The position numbers were made by a program, and so were the translations under genes. A stretch of 64,000 nucleotides of DNA, taken from Caldicoprobacterales bacterium (GTDB taxonomy: Bacteria > Bacillota > Clostridia > Caldicoprobacterales > UBA3941). The stretch covers positions 30,646 to 94,645 of the forward strand of contig JBMNFJ010000015.1 of NCBI GenBank assembly GCA_050949255.1, in the 5' to 3' direction. Under the pieces are notes generated by a model, which was not told the origin of the DNA, searched no databases, and saw nothing but the letters and a program-made list of their open reading frames with translations. Positions 18,236 to 28,759 of the stretch are shown piece after piece. The stretch's first letter is position 1. Each line of letters opens with the position of its first letter.

Positions 18236-19288
18236 TTGAAAAATCGTATGTTCTTACCCATAACCATAAAGGGGAAAAATATCCGGAACAGGGTAGTTAT
18301 GCCCCCTATGGTCTATTTTGGTAGGGCAGGAAATGATGGGCTGGTAACCCAACAGCATATAGATCATTATATGGCCAGGGCCAAGGGCGGTACTGGATTA
18401 ATAATAGTAGAAGCCGCATGTGTGCATCCGGAGGGCAGGTTGTCCAACGACCAGCTGGGAATATGGTCCGATGAACATATCCCGGGACTAAAAGCCATAG
18501 TTGATGCTTGCCATCAGTATGGAGCAGTGGTCATGATCCAGATCCACCATGCGGGGATAAAGAGTCCCACATCGGTGACCGACAGACCAGTAGCACCATC
18601 CCCGGTAGAAGGCAATACAGCTTGTGAATTGACTGTTGAAGAGATAGAGGAAATCAGACATTGTTTTGTTCAGGCCGCGCTCAGGGCCAGAAAGGCCGGC
18701 TTCGACGGAATAGAACTCCACGGGGCCCACGGATACTTACTTAGCCAGTTCTCATCAAGTCTGACCAATCGGAGAACCGATGAGTACGGCGGAGACCTTG
18801 TAAAACGCATGAAATTGGCCCTTGATATAATCCATGACATTCGCAGGGAATTGGGCCATAAAAACTTCATTATAGGCTATCGGATGGGGGGTAACGATCC
18901 AACCCTGGATGACGGTATCAAGATCGCCAAGCTGTTGGAGGAGGCAGGGGTGGATCTGATCCATGTCTCAGCAGGAATTACAGACCCTGATATTCCACTG
19001 CCTGAAACCCCGAAAAACTTTCCCTTCAATTGGATCGTCTATTGTGGAACAGTAATCAATAAGCACGTAAGCATACCCGTTATTGTTGTGAATAACATCA
19101 AAACCGGCGAGGAGGCTGCCCTTATCATAGAGAACAGGCTGGCCGATTTTGTAGCCATAGGCCGGGGCCATTTGACAGATCCTGAATGGACCAACAAGGC
19201 TATGGACAAACTCGAAGCCACACGCTGTCTGGATTGCAAGCCCCGTTGCCGTTGGTTTACCGTTGGGGATGCTTGTCCTGGAGATTAA
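18236..19288 (+). CDS. NADH:flavin oxidoreductase, Old Yellow Enzyme family, with a Cys-rich C-terminal tail
   Basis: VMPPM..GTGLIIVEA..IQIHHAG..GFDGIELHGAHGYLLSQF. TTG start 9 nt after GGAGG. Confidence 0.85.
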   Translation: MKNRMFLPITIKGKNIRNRVVMPPMVYFGRAGNDGLVTQQHIDHYMARAKGGTGLIIVEAACVHPEGRLSNDQLGIWSDEHIPGLKAIVDACHQYGAVVMIQIHHAGIKSPTSVTDRPVAPSPVEGNTACELTVEEIEEIRHCFVQAALRARKAGFDGIELHGAHGYLLSQFSSSLTNRRTDEYGGDLVKRMKLALDIIHDIRRELGHKNFIIGYRMGGNDPTLDDGIKIAKLLEEAGVDLIHVSAGITDPDIPLPETPKNFPFNWIVYCGTVINKHVSIPVIVVNNIKTGEEAALIIENRLADFVAIGRGHLTDPEWTNKAMDKLEATRCLDCKPRCRWFTVGDACPGD

Positions 19289-19808
19289 ACCGGAACCTCT
19301 TGTGGTCCGGTTTTTTTGAGCCTTCTTCTCTGAACCGGGCCTGGGTTTCCCGAATCAGCTCCAGAGCCGCTTCCTTGTCCCGCCATCCCTCGATGGTAAC
19401 CTCCTTGTGTTCCAGATCCTTGTAGATGGCAAAGAAATGCTCTATTTCCCTAAGGAGATGGGGGGGTACGTCCTCAAGGCTCCGTATGTGATTCCACAGG
19501 GGATCGTTCTTGGGAACGCACAGGATCTTTTCATCATCACCCTTTTCGTCCCTCATCATAAACAGGCCTATGGGAAAGGTCTCGATGAGGCAGCCGGGGA
19601 AAGTTGATTCCCATACCAAAACCAGGGCATCCAAGGGATCCCCGTCCCGGGCCAGGGTATTAAGTATGAAGCCGTAGTCAGCGGGATAATGTACCGGAGA
19701 AAAGAGCATCCGATCAAAGCGTATGGCTCCCTTAACCGGATCGTATTCGTACTTATTCCTGCTTCCCTTAGGTATTTCTATCATGACATCAAAGGTTTCT
19801 ATTTTCAT
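19257..19808 (-). CDS. ppa: Inorganic pyrophosphatase (family I)
   Basis: IEIPKGSRNKYEYD..YPADYGFI..DGDPLDALV..DEKGDDEKIL. The 3' end overlaps the convergent OYE gene by 32 nt. Confidence 0.9.
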   Translation of the reverse strand: MKIETFDVMIEIPKGSRNKYEYDPVKGAIRFDRMLFSPVHYPADYGFILNTLARDGDPLDALVLVWESTFPGCLIETFPIGLFMMRDEKGDDEKILCVPKNDPLWNHIRSLEDVPPHLLREIEHFFAIYKDLEHKEVTIEGWRDKEAALELIRETQARFREEGSKKPDHKRFRFNLQDKHPQR

Positions 19809-19981
19809 GCTATCAATCCTTATATCTTATTAAATATTTGCTTTTATTATTGGCTAGACATATAATTAGTATGATATCAAATAAATCGCGATACCGCAAT
19901 CAGGCTATATCCATGGGGATATCTTTTTATTTTACCCATGAAGCTTTTGTGTACTATATCACCACAAAATACTGTTTGACC

Positions 19982-20051
19982 GAAGTTTCAAAGACCTGAG
20001 TCATGACCTTGCTACATGAATCGGCGGGAAATGGGATTTTTTGAAACTTTT
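19982..20051. repeat. Solo copy of repeat module B (palindromic arms only)
   Basis: GAAGTTTCAAAG..N..GGGATTTTTTGAAACTTTTTC in the divergent ppa/DUF1846 intergenic region. Confidence 0.55.
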
Positions 20052-20264
20052 TCAATTATTCGCATGATGGTTATTCTATATTGATATCTGTCAGGAATAT
20101 CCATCACCGATGAAATGCCCTTTTTGTAAATGGACATTTTCCATTTACCGTGTTAATTTCTACTAATAAAATGGTATTGTATATATAGCCAACCGTCTGG
20201 TATTATAGTACGGTAGTTTTTTAGTAATTTAAAAATTAGAGATTGGACCAGGGGGAACAACTGT

Positions 20265-21782
20265 ATGACTGAGATTGGGTTTGACAATGAAAAATATCTG
20301 GACAAACAGGCGGCAGCCATATTGGAAAGGGTTAACCTTTTTAAGGATAAACTCTATCTGGAATTTGGGGGCAAGCTTTTCTACGATTACCATGCCTCAA
20401 GGGTGCTGCCGGGGTTTGATCCAAATATAAAGATAAAGCTTCTGCGCAAGCTGAAGGATAAGGCCGATATCATTCTTTGCGTTGCTGCCGGGGATATCGA
20501 ACGCAAGAAGATCCGGGCCGATTTTGGTATAACCTATGATATGAACGTTTTAAAGCTGATAGACGATTTCAGGGAATGGAACCTGGATGTCGCAGGAGTG
20601 GTTATTACCCTCTTTGATAACCAGCCCTCGGCTGTTCATTTCAGGAATAAGCTGGAGCGGCAGGGAATCAGGACTTATACCCACGGCTTCACCAAGGGTT
20701 ATCCTGCGGATATAGATACCATAGTCAGCGATGAGGGCTATGGCTCCAATCAATATATTGAGACTAAAAACAAGCTGGTTATCGTCACCGCACCGGGACC
20801 GGCCAGTGGCAAGCTGGCTACCTGTCTTTCCCAGCTTTATCATGATTACAAAATGGGTTTGGAGTCGGGATATGCCAAGTTCGAAACCTTCCCCATATGG
20901 AATCTCCCGCTCAAACATCCGGTAAATATCGCCTATGAGGCCGCTACGGCTGATATTCGGGACTTCAATATGATAGACCCCTTTCATTTGGAGTCATATG
21001 GGGAGATGGCCATTAACTATAACAGGGACGTTGAGATCTTTCCGGTGATTAAACGGATTTTGGACAAGATTACATCGGGAGCTTCCCTATACAAGTCGCC
21101 TACGGATATGGGGGTTAATAAGGCCAGCTATGGAATAATCCGGGACGATGTTGTCCGGGAAGCCTCCAAACAGGAAATAATCAGGCGATATTTTTGGTAC
21201 AACGTTGAGTACATTAAAGGATCCATCGATCAGGAAACCTTGACCCGGGCTGAGCTGTTGATGAAGAATTTGGGGCTCAACCCGGAGGATAGGAAGGTAG
21301 TGCTCCCTGCCAGGGAAGTTGTATCCAAAAGGCGGTCCGATGCCATGGACGATACATACGAAAACCTAAGCGCCGCCGCTATAGAGCTGAAGGACGGAAC
21401 CATAGTCACGGGTAAGAACTCCTGCCTTATGGACGCGGCATCCAGCCTGATCCTGAATGCCATCAAGACCGTGGCCGGGATACCGGATAACATCCACCTC
21501 CTGTCGCCCAACGTCATCGAGTCCATCCAGCGGCTAAAGGGGGATATACTTGGGGAAAAGACCAAGGCTCTGAACCTGGAAGAAACCCTCATTGCCCTTG
21601 GGATCAGTGCCACCACCAATCCCACAGCCCAGGTGGCCCTGGGCTGCCTGAAGGATCTGGCAGGTTGTGAGGTCCATTTTACCCATATTCAGTCGCCCAC
21701 CGATGAAAATGCCCTTCGAAAGCTTAAGGTCAACATGACGGCTGACCCCAAGTTTCCGTCAAAGAACCTATTTATGATATAG
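20265..21782 (+). CDS. DUF1846 (UPF0371) family protein
   Basis: N-terminus [31 protein letters not shown] is characteristic of UPF0371; 505 aa. Confidence 0.85.
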   Translation: MTEIGFDNEKYLDKQAAAILERVNLFKDKLYLEFGGKLFYDYHASRVLPGFDPNIKIKLLRKLKDKADIILCVAAGDIERKKIRADFGITYDMNVLKLIDDFREWNLDVAGVVITLFDNQPSAVHFRNKLERQGIRTYTHGFTKGYPADIDTIVSDEGYGSNQYIETKNKLVIVTAPGPASGKLATCLSQLYHDYKMGLESGYAKFETFPIWNLPLKHPVNIAYEAATADIRDFNMIDPFHLESYGEMAINYNRDVEIFPVIKRILDKITSGASLYKSPTDMGVNKASYGIIRDDVVREASKQEIIRRYFWYNVEYIKGSIDQETLTRAELLMKNLGLNPEDRKVVLPAREVVSKRRSDAMDDTYENLSAAAIELKDGTIVTGKNSCLMDAASSLILNAIKTVAGIPDNIHLLSPNVIESIQRLKGDILGEKTKALNLEETLIALGISATTNPTAQVALGCLKDLAGCEVHFTHIQSPTDENALRKLKVNMTADPKFPSKNLFMI

Positions 21783-22748
21783 GGATTCAAACACCTGGGG
21801 GTTGATGGCGGAAGCCGGCATCTTCCCGTCGAAAAAGTCTATGATATTCTGGCAGGCCTCCCTGGTCATCTCCAACCTCACCTCATGGGTGGCGGTGCCG
21901 ATATGAGGAGTCATCACTACATTATCCATTTCCAGAAGTTCCTGCGGAATATGGGGTTCATTTTCAAAGACATCCAGCCCTGCACCGGCTAAGCTGCCCT
22001 GCTCCAAATGCCGGATCAGGGCTTTTTCGTCGACTACCTCACCTCTGGCGGTATTTATGAGGTAGGCGGACTTTTTCATCCTGGCCAGCTGCTCCTCCCC
22101 TATCAGGTGACGGGTCTCCGGTGTAAGGGGAGTGTGCAGGGATACAACATCCGATACCTCCAGCAGTTGATCCAGGGGAAGATAGTCCACACCCAATGCT
22201 TTTTCCTCTTCCCTGTCCAGCCGATTCCTATTGAAATAGAATACCTTCATTCCGGATGCCAGGCCCCTTCGGGCAACTGCCTTCCCGATACGGCCCAGGC
22301 CTACAATTCCCAGGGTCTTGCCATACAGGCTTTGGCCTTCATTCATCATCATGCCCCATCTGGAGCCTGGATTGTTCCTCAGCCATCTGTCCCTGGCGGC
22401 TATGTTTCTGGCAGTGGCCAGCATGAGTCCAAAGGCCAGTTCAGCAGTGGACTCCGTGACGGATTCCGGTGCATTGGCTACCAGAATATTTTGCCTGCTG
22501 GCCTCATCAACATCAATACTGTCGTAACCTGCACCATATACGCTGATAATCTTTAAGTTGCCGGCAGCCCTGATCAGCTCGGCATCCATTCCAATGCCTG
22601 TGGCTAAAATTCCGTCAAATTCATGGATGATTTCAAGAAGCTCATCCCTGGTATATCTACCCTTGTCCGGGTGAGTTACATTAAAACGACCCTTAAGGGC
22701 GTCCATCCCCTGGCCCGTCAGGGGCATAGTCACAAGTACTTTTTTCAT
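21768..22748 (-). CDS. D-isomer-specific 2-hydroxyacid dehydrogenase (glyoxylate/hydroxypyruvate reductase-like)
   Basis: [18 protein letters not shown] fold; NTARG..D and the DVFENEP motif. ATG 22748 with GGAGGAG RBS. Confidence 0.88.
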   Translation of the reverse strand: MKKVLVTMPLTGQGMDALKGRFNVTHPDKGRYTRDELLEIIHEFDGILATGIGMDAELIRAAGNLKIISVYGAGYDSIDVDEASRQNILVANAPESVTESTAELAFGLMLATARNIAARDRWLRNNPGSRWGMMMNEGQSLYGKTLGIVGLGRIGKAVARRGLASGMKVFYFNRNRLDREEEKALGVDYLPLDQLLEVSDVVSLHTPLTPETRHLIGEEQLARMKKSAYLINTARGEVVDEKALIRHLEQGSLAGAGLDVFENEPHIPQELLEMDNVVMTPHIGTATHEVRLEMTREACQNIIDFFDGKMPASAINPQVFESLYHK

Positions 22749-22931
22749 TGGATCTCCTCCTGTCACTTTCCGGTTGTCACCTGGATATTATACCCTTTAA
22801 TAATTCAATGAAACAAGCCCCCTTTTAATTAGGGCTTTTCTTTGCTATAATAGATATGTATGTGTATTCATAAGCCCAATTATGGGACACTTGGATTTTT
22901 ATGGTATCTTAAACAAACAGGGAGGTATAAC

Positions 22932-24089
22932 ATGAAGTATCGTAAGTTTGGAGATCTTGGTTTTGATGTATCTACATTTGGAGTTGGATGTATGAGATTA
23001 CCTCTAAAGGTACAGCCGGATGGCACCACAGACCGTACAAAAATAGACGAAGAGGAAGCCATAAAGATGATTCGTCACGCCATTGACAGCGGGGTAAACT
23101 ACATAGATACCGCTTACCCTTATCATGGCGGAGCCAGCGAACTGTTGGTAGCCAAGGCTTTAAAGGACGGGTATAGGGAAAAGGTTAAGCTGGCAACCAA
23201 GTTGCCTGTGTGGCTGACCAATTCCTATGAAGATTTTGAGAGGATATTGGATGAGCAATTGGCTAAGTTAGAAGTCGAAACCATAGATTTCTATCTGCTT
23301 CATTCCCTCTCAAAGGACAGATGGGAACATATAAAGGAAATGGGCGTTCTGGATTTCCTCGATAAGGCAGTAGAATCCGGTAAGATTAAATATCCCGGCT
23401 TCTCCTTCCACGATGATTTGCCGGTATTTAAGGATATTATCGATTCCTATGACTGGAAGATGTGCCAGATCCAGCTCAACATCCTGGATGAAAATCACCA
23501 GGCTGGGCTGGAGGGATTGCGCTACGCCGGATCCAAGGGCATACCTGTCGTAATCATGGAACCCCTCAGGGGCGGTAAACTTGCCCATAATGTACCCAAA
23601 GATGTAGCTGAACTGTGGAATCAGTTCGAAGTTAAGCGCTCTCCTGTAGAATGGGCATTCAGATGGCTCTATAACTTCCCTGAAGTCACTGTAATTCTCA
23701 GTGGTGTCAGCACCATGGAACAGCTGAAGGACAATCTGGAAATATTCAGCAAAGATGATGCTGTAGCCAATTCCATGTCCAATGAAGAGTTGGAGCTGGT
23801 AAAGAAGGTTCAGGCTCAATACGAGAGCAAGATCAAAGTCGGATGCACCGCCTGTGACTATTGCATGCCCTGTCCTTCAGGGGTTGATATCCCCGGTACC
23901 TTCGCCCTTTATAATGACTTTTCCATGTTTGAAGGGTCGCAGGATTACAAGGATCGCTACCAGAGCTTTATAGAGGATGGCAAGGACGCTTCCAACTGCG
24001 TAGAATGTGGACAGTGCGAATCCGAGTGCCCACAGCATATATCCATTATCGAGAAGCTGAAGGAAGCCCATGCGGCTTTGACGTCATAA
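22932..24089 (+). CDS. Aldo/keto reductase with a C-terminal 4Fe-4S-binding extension
   Basis: GVGCMRLP..YIDTAYPYHGG AKR motifs. C-terminal CTACDYCMPCP and CVECGQCESECP clusters. GGGAGG RBS before ATG 22932. Confidence 0.88.
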   Translation: MKYRKFGDLGFDVSTFGVGCMRLPLKVQPDGTTDRTKIDEEEAIKMIRHAIDSGVNYIDTAYPYHGGASELLVAKALKDGYREKVKLATKLPVWLTNSYEDFERILDEQLAKLEVETIDFYLLHSLSKDRWEHIKEMGVLDFLDKAVESGKIKYPGFSFHDDLPVFKDIIDSYDWKMCQIQLNILDENHQAGLEGLRYAGSKGIPVVIMEPLRGGKLAHNVPKDVAELWNQFEVKRSPVEWAFRWLYNFPEVTVILSGVSTMEQLKDNLEIFSKDDAVANSMSNEELELVKKVQAQYESKIKVGCTACDYCMPCPSGVDIPGTFALYNDFSMFEGSQDYKDRYQSFIEDGKDASNCVECGQCESECPQHISIIEKLKEAHAALTS

Positions 24090-24181
24090 CAGGATAAGGC
24101 AGGCCTGCTACTCGATTAAGACGGCTTAAACTATTACCGGCTTACCTATCGTATGCCTACAATAGCTATCATAATAATAAA

Positions 24182-24218
24182 AAGCAAACATCCCTGGAGA
24201 TCCCAGGGATGTTTGCTT
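24182..24218. terminator. Bidirectional terminator between convergent genes
   Basis: AAGCAAACATCCCTGG-AGATC-CCAGGGATGTTTGCTT, with a T tract on the minus-strand side. Confidence 0.8.
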
Positions 24219-24241
24219 ATCCACGCTAAAGGAGTAGCTAT

Positions 24242-24763
24242 CTATGCCCTTATGATATATCCTTCCTTCCTGGGTTTTGGTTCCGGATAATCCCCGTCAT
24301 AATATCCCAGGATACAGTTACCTATACCTACATAATTTCCTTCGATTCCCCATTCCTTGAGTAGTTCCTTCCCTTCAGGGGTTTCGAACATCTCCCTGGC
24401 CCTGTGGATCCAGCAGGAGTTCACTCCAACGGAGTAGGCGGCGTTCATAAGATTGCCCATTACCAGGCTCCCGTCCTCTATATGGGTATTTACGTCACTG
24501 TCTGCCAGGACAATCACTACAGTCGGTGCCCCATAGAAGGGATCCCCGTCAGGGTCACCGGTGAATCTGGCATTGAGCCTGGAGAGCTTTTGGATTAGCT
24601 CCGGATCCTGCACAACCACCATGATAGCGGATTGTCTTCCCATACCGCTGGGAGCATAGGTTCCGGCCTCAAGGATGAGATTTAATTGTTCCTCGTTTAT
24701 CTGTTCCTTCTTATACTGGCGGATACTTCTTCTCTCCTTTAAGGTCCTCAAGGTTTCATTCAT
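24242..24763 (-). CDS. Nitroreductase family protein
   Basis: LKERRSIRQY..EAGTYAPSGMGRQ nitroreductase signature. ATG 24763 is 8 nt after GGAG; the ORF is open to 24772. Confidence 0.85.
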   Translation of the reverse strand: MNETLRTLKERRSIRQYKKEQINEEQLNLILEAGTYAPSGMGRQSAIMVVVQDPELIQKLSRLNARFTGDPDGDPFYGAPTVVIVLADSDVNTHIEDGSLVMGNLMNAAYSVGVNSCWIHRAREMFETPEGKELLKEWGIEGNYVGIGNCILGYYDGDYPEPKPRKEGYIIRA

Positions 24764-25130
24764 TTCCATCACTCCATTTTACTTGAATATTAATCATATT
24801 TCTTGCAGACACTCCGACACTTTTTTATGTAAATATGGTTGAACAAAAGGATAAGTTAAATCGTATGGTCCTCTATAGTACCTAATTCGTAAAAATTCAC
24901 TTTTGTCATATGTAACACCTTACTGTTAATTGCCTGACGGGACACATCTCCCCATAAAAATGACATTCTATAAGAATTATATATCTTAATCAAGACTATT
25001 TGAACAACTTTAAATTTACGTCAACATATACATTTTATGTATTTATTATAACACAGATTGTGCAAAAAAAGATTCCCTGTCTCTATATGTAAACCAAAAC
25101 TTTTATCAGTGGTTTTTCTGTAAAAATATG

Positions 25131-25164
25131 TTCACATAAACCACTTTACAGCGGTTTATGTGAA
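25131..25164 (-). terminator. Candidate terminator downstream of nrdJ
   Basis: 12-bp stem TTCACATAAACC / GGTTTATGTGAA with a 10-nt loop, followed on the minus strand by CATATTTTTAC. Confidence 0.6.
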
Positions 25165-25243
25165 CTAAAATATAACAGAATTTAATTGTCCGGAATATGA
25201 CTTAATTATCTTAGATCAACAAACAGTAACTTATTATCCCTAA

Positions 25244-28231
25244 TTAGGAGCAGCCCGTTGTAGCGCCACATTCCTCGCATACCTTGCAGGTGCCGTTCCT
25301 TCTCAGCCTGATACTGCCGCAATTGGCACAAACCTCACCATAGATGCGTTCGCCCAGTTCATCCTCCTGATCATGGTAGCTGCTGGTATCCGCCATGGCC
25401 GGTGCCGGATTGTTCGGGGCTTTGACCAGATCCCTGGCTGACAGGACATCCCCATCCATACCGGGCTTTGCCTCACATCTTGAGAAGTTACCCAGCTCGA
25501 TGTCGATGATTTTGCTTACCAGATCCGATATTGATGATGCATGCTTGATATAGGGATGACGGCTGACAAAGCCCGATGGCTCGTACTGCTGTCCCCTGAG
25601 CATCCTGGAAATCTCCTGGGGAGGGATATTGTATTGCAGCATGTTGGATATGGCTTTTGACAGGGAAGCCAACAAGCCCTTTACAACGGTACCCTCCTTG
25701 TCGGTAGAGATAAAGAGTTCCGCTATCCTGCCATCAGGATAGAAGTTAACGGTTACATAGAGTTCAATATCCCCTATCTTGGCGCTGTGGGTAAATCCAG
25801 GCCTTCTTCCTGTGGCCTTCCTTCGGACTGCCACCCTTTCCCTGCTGGCCCTGGCTATATCCAAAAGCTCCTGATAGGTCATATCCTCCAACCTTTTCGT
25901 CTCTCCGTTCTCTATGGAAGATGTCAGGGGCTGACTGGCTTTGGAACCGTCTCTATAAATGGCTATAGCCTTGGTACCGGTAGTATAGGCCAGCAGATGG
26001 ATCCTTTCTATGTCCTCCCTGGTAGCGGAATTGGGCAGGTTGACCGTCTTGGATATGGAACCGGAAATCAATGGCGTGATTGCCGACACCATAAGTACAT
26101 GGCCTTCGGGAGAAATGACCCGCTCCCCGGTTCCGCACTTGCCGGCAGTATCGAATATGGGGTAATGTTCCGGTTTCAGATAGGGTGCGCCCTCTATCTT
26201 ACCGTCTATTATGAAATCGTTCTTATCCTTACGCAGAATATAGCCCAGGATCCCATCTATCTGTTCCTCCGGGTAGCCCAACCTCTTCAGGGCTGTCTCA
26301 ATTACCGGATTTACCATGACCATGGAAGCCCCGCCCGCCAGCTTTTTATAGATTACATGGGCATAGAAGGGCTCAATGGACGTAGCACCGCAGTCCATGG
26401 CAAAGGATATGGTGCCGGTGGGGGCAACAACCGTAACCTGGGCATTGCGATATCCGTTCTTCTCACCGCTGTCATAGGCCATATTCCATACTCTCTTTAA
26501 TACATCGCTGACCTTATTCCATCCAAGCCCTTTCAGGGTTTCATGATCCACTTCCATGGGCTTGTAGCTGAGATCCTCATAGTCGTCATCCCTGGCGCCG
26601 GCCACCCTTCCGTGATTCCGAATAACCCTAAGCATGTGCTGGGAATTTATATCGTATTTTTCAAAGGGGCCCAGTTTTTCTGCCATCAGGGAGGATACAT
26701 AATAGGAGTATCCGGTCATCATTCCCATTATGGAGGCAGCCATGGTCCTGGCCTCGTGGGAGTCATAGGGGTACCCACAGGACATAATAAGGGAGGCAAG
26801 GTTGGCCGGACCCAGTCCCGTTGTCCTGAACATATGGGTTTTTCTAGCAATATGCTTTGTGGGGAATTGTCCCCAATGTATGGAAGCTTCCAGAACCAAC
26901 TGTACCAGGGCAACGGTATGCAAAAAGTCCTCAACCTTAAACTGTCCCGTTTCTATATCCAAATAATTGTACAGGTTTATGGATGCCAGGTTACAGGAGG
27001 TATCGTCCAGGAAAGCGTACTCGCTGCAGGGGTTGGTCGCATTTATCTGGTTATGCTTGGCCCAGGTTTGGCCGTCTTCCCCGGCAGGGCAGGTATGCCA
27101 TTGGTTGAATCTGTCGTGGAATTGAAGCCCGGGATCGGCGCAGGAGTATGCGGATTCGTTTATGGCATCCCAAAGCTCCCTTACCTTCAGCTCCTTATCG
27201 ACGCTTGGGTCCACCCGTCCTTTGAGGGTTATAGTCGCATCGGGATCCTTATCCAGGTTCATAATCTTCTTCATGGTCTCGTCATACAACCTGACGGAGT
27301 TATTACCGTTTTGACCGGAAACCGTATTGTAGGCTTCACCGTTGAAGTCCGTATCATAGCCCATCTTACCCAGGGCACGAACCTTTTCCTCCTCCAGCCT
27401 CTTCCAATTGACAAAATCCATGATGTCCGGGTGATTGTCGTCTACGATTACCATCTTGGCTGCTCTTCGGGTCGTTCCACCGGATTTAATGGCCCCTGCA
27501 TTCCTGTCAAAACCCTTTAAGAAGCTCAACAGACCGGATGAAACACCGCCCCCGGACAGCCGCTCACCCTCCGCCCTCAGGGTGGAGAAATTGGTGCCCG
27601 TACCGGAACCGCCCTTAAAGAGCTTGGTCTCGGTGACATACTGCTCGGATATGGACTTATCCCCCATGAGCTTATCTTCGATGGAGATAATAAAGCAGGC
27701 GGATGCCTGGGTTCTTGTATACTGGTCCTTGCTCTCCACAACTTCCTTCTTTTCCAGATCATAATAGTACAGACCGCTGGGTTCACCGGCTATTCCATAG
27801 GCGTGTTTCAGGCCGGTATTAAACCATTGGGGTGAGTTGGGTGCAAAGGACTGGGATAATAACAGGTAGACCAATTCATCATATAGAATTTGCTTTTGTT
27901 CTTCTCCCTGGATCATGCCTTCATCTTCCAGGGAAGCAACCCAAAAAGCTACCATACGATGGACAACCTGGCGCATACTGGTCTCATGCCCTACAGGGTC
28001 CTTCAGCCCCGCCTTTCTAAAATAGTGGCTGGCGATAATATCGCAGGCGTTCTGCGAATAATGGGCCGGAAATTCCAGATTCCTCATATCATGAATTATT
28101 TCATTAGTCCGATAGTCCTTTATAATTACATCTACCCTTTTCCATTGGAAGAGATCGTACACAGTCCGATCCTTGTCACCTTCCAGTTCCTTGGTAAACC
28201 TTCTTACAATCAGGTCATCGATGGTTTTCAT
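25244..28231 (-). CDS. nrdJ: Adenosylcobalamin-dependent (class II) ribonucleotide reductase with a C-terminal Cys4 zinc-ribbon tail
   Basis: 995 aa; NPCSEY, SCNLASINL and TGTISF class II RNR motifs; tail CANCGS..CKVCEECG. GGGGGAAGG RBS. Confidence 0.92.
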   Translation of the reverse strand: MKTIDDLIVRRFTKELEGDKDRTVYDLFQWKRVDVIIKDYRTNEIIHDMRNLEFPAHYSQNACDIIASHYFRKAGLKDPVGHETSMRQVVHRMVAFWVASLEDEGMIQGEEQKQILYDELVYLLLSQSFAPNSPQWFNTGLKHAYGIAGEPSGLYYYDLEKKEVVESKDQYTRTQASACFIISIEDKLMGDKSISEQYVTETKLFKGGSGTGTNFSTLRAEGERLSGGGVSSGLLSFLKGFDRNAGAIKSGGTTRRAAKMVIVDDNHPDIMDFVNWKRLEEEKVRALGKMGYDTDFNGEAYNTVSGQNGNNSVRLYDETMKKIMNLDKDPDATITLKGRVDPSVDKELKVRELWDAINESAYSCADPGLQFHDRFNQWHTCPAGEDGQTWAKHNQINATNPCSEYAFLDDTSCNLASINLYNYLDIETGQFKVEDFLHTVALVQLVLEASIHWGQFPTKHIARKTHMFRTTGLGPANLASLIMSCGYPYDSHEARTMAASIMGMMTGYSYYVSSLMAEKLGPFEKYDINSQHMLRVIRNHGRVAGARDDDYEDLSYKPMEVDHETLKGLGWNKVSDVLKRVWNMAYDSGEKNGYRNAQVTVVAPTGTISFAMDCGATSIEPFYAHVIYKKLAGGASMVMVNPVIETALKRLGYPEEQIDGILGYILRKDKNDFIIDGKIEGAPYLKPEHYPIFDTAGKCGTGERVISPEGHVLMVSAITPLISGSISKTVNLPNSATREDIERIHLLAYTTGTKAIAIYRDGSKASQPLTSSIENGETKRLEDMTYQELLDIARASRERVAVRRKATGRRPGFTHSAKIGDIELYVTVNFYPDGRIAELFISTDKEGTVVKGLLASLSKAISNMLQYNIPPQEISRMLRGQQYEPSGFVSRHPYIKHASSISDLVSKIIDIELGNFSRCEAKPGMDGDVLSARDLVKAPNNPAPAMADTSSYHDQEDELGERIYGEVCANCGSIRLRRNGTCKVCEECGATTGCS

Positions 28232-28264
28232 AGCCTTCCCCCTATAAATATGTAGTTTAAACTC

Positions 28265-28528
28265 TTGTGCCAGTCGTATAAATGCCGGTAATGACTGTTG
28301 AACGCTATTTCCATCATCCGCTTATCAATAGCTCATTACTTATAAATGGATGCTTCAGTCAGCTATAAGTTTTGCATTTACTTCTAGCGGGGAAGATGGA
28401 TTTGTGGAGGCAGCTTCCCGATGTAATTTGGAAGTCGCCGGAATAAACCATCCTCCTATACAAAGAAGCAACTTAGCTTTCGATGGCCATTACCTATCTT
28501 AACCATTAGATTAAAAAACTAACACAAC
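28265..28528 (-). repeat. Type II copy of the modular intergenic element in the nrdJ upstream region
   Basis: TTGTGCCAGTCGTATAAATGCCGGTAATGACTGTTGAACGC..CTTATCAATAGCTCATTAC..GGATTTGTGGAGGCAGCTTCCCGATGTAATTTGGAAG..CCATCCTCC..CGATGGCCATTACC. Confidence 0.85.
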
Positions 28529-28634
28529 AAGTGAATTAAGGTATTGTAGATCAGTCTGGCAGTGGTAAGTCAAAAATTTATGTATAAGTCATGAAATCCC
28601 CGCAACTGGGGCGATTCCGGAAAAATAAAAAAAT

Positions 28635-28671
28635 AGTAAAGCACAATACACATTATATAGTGTGCTTTACT
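28635..28671 (-). terminator. Hairpin plus T tract downstream of the alpha/beta hydrolase gene
   Basis: AGTAAAGCACA / TGTGCTTTACT arms, followed on the minus strand by ATTTTTTTATTTTT. It overlaps the NrdR-box-like palindrome. Confidence 0.6.
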
Positions 28672-28695
28672 ATTATACTACACTAATCCTTGTAT
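28648..28695 (-). promoter_or_regulatory. Candidate NrdR operator (one strong and one weak box, starts 32 bp apart)
   Basis: ACACATTATATAGTGT (28648-28663) matches the NrdR-box consensus acaCwAtATaTwGtgt at 15/16. ACACTAATCCTTGTAT (28680-28695) matches 11/16. Confidence 0.4.
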
Positions 28696-28759
28696 GTAAA
28701 CGACTAAATAGATTTTATTTCCCTAATTTTCTCCAATCTTAGACAATTATATTTAACCC

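Noticed and set aside
26543-27520. 325-aa plus-strand ORF, plus 25787..26500 (237 aa)
   Set aside because: Both are antisense to nrdJ, whose reading frame carries unambiguous class II RNR motifs.
28232-28640. Cobalamin riboswitch in the nrdJ leader
   Set aside because: I looked for the B12-box / GCCACTG core on the minus strand. Only ACCACTGCC in a non-matching context was found, and most of the region is explained by the repeat element. B12 riboswitches also usually control B12-independent isozymes or transport genes rather than nrdJ.
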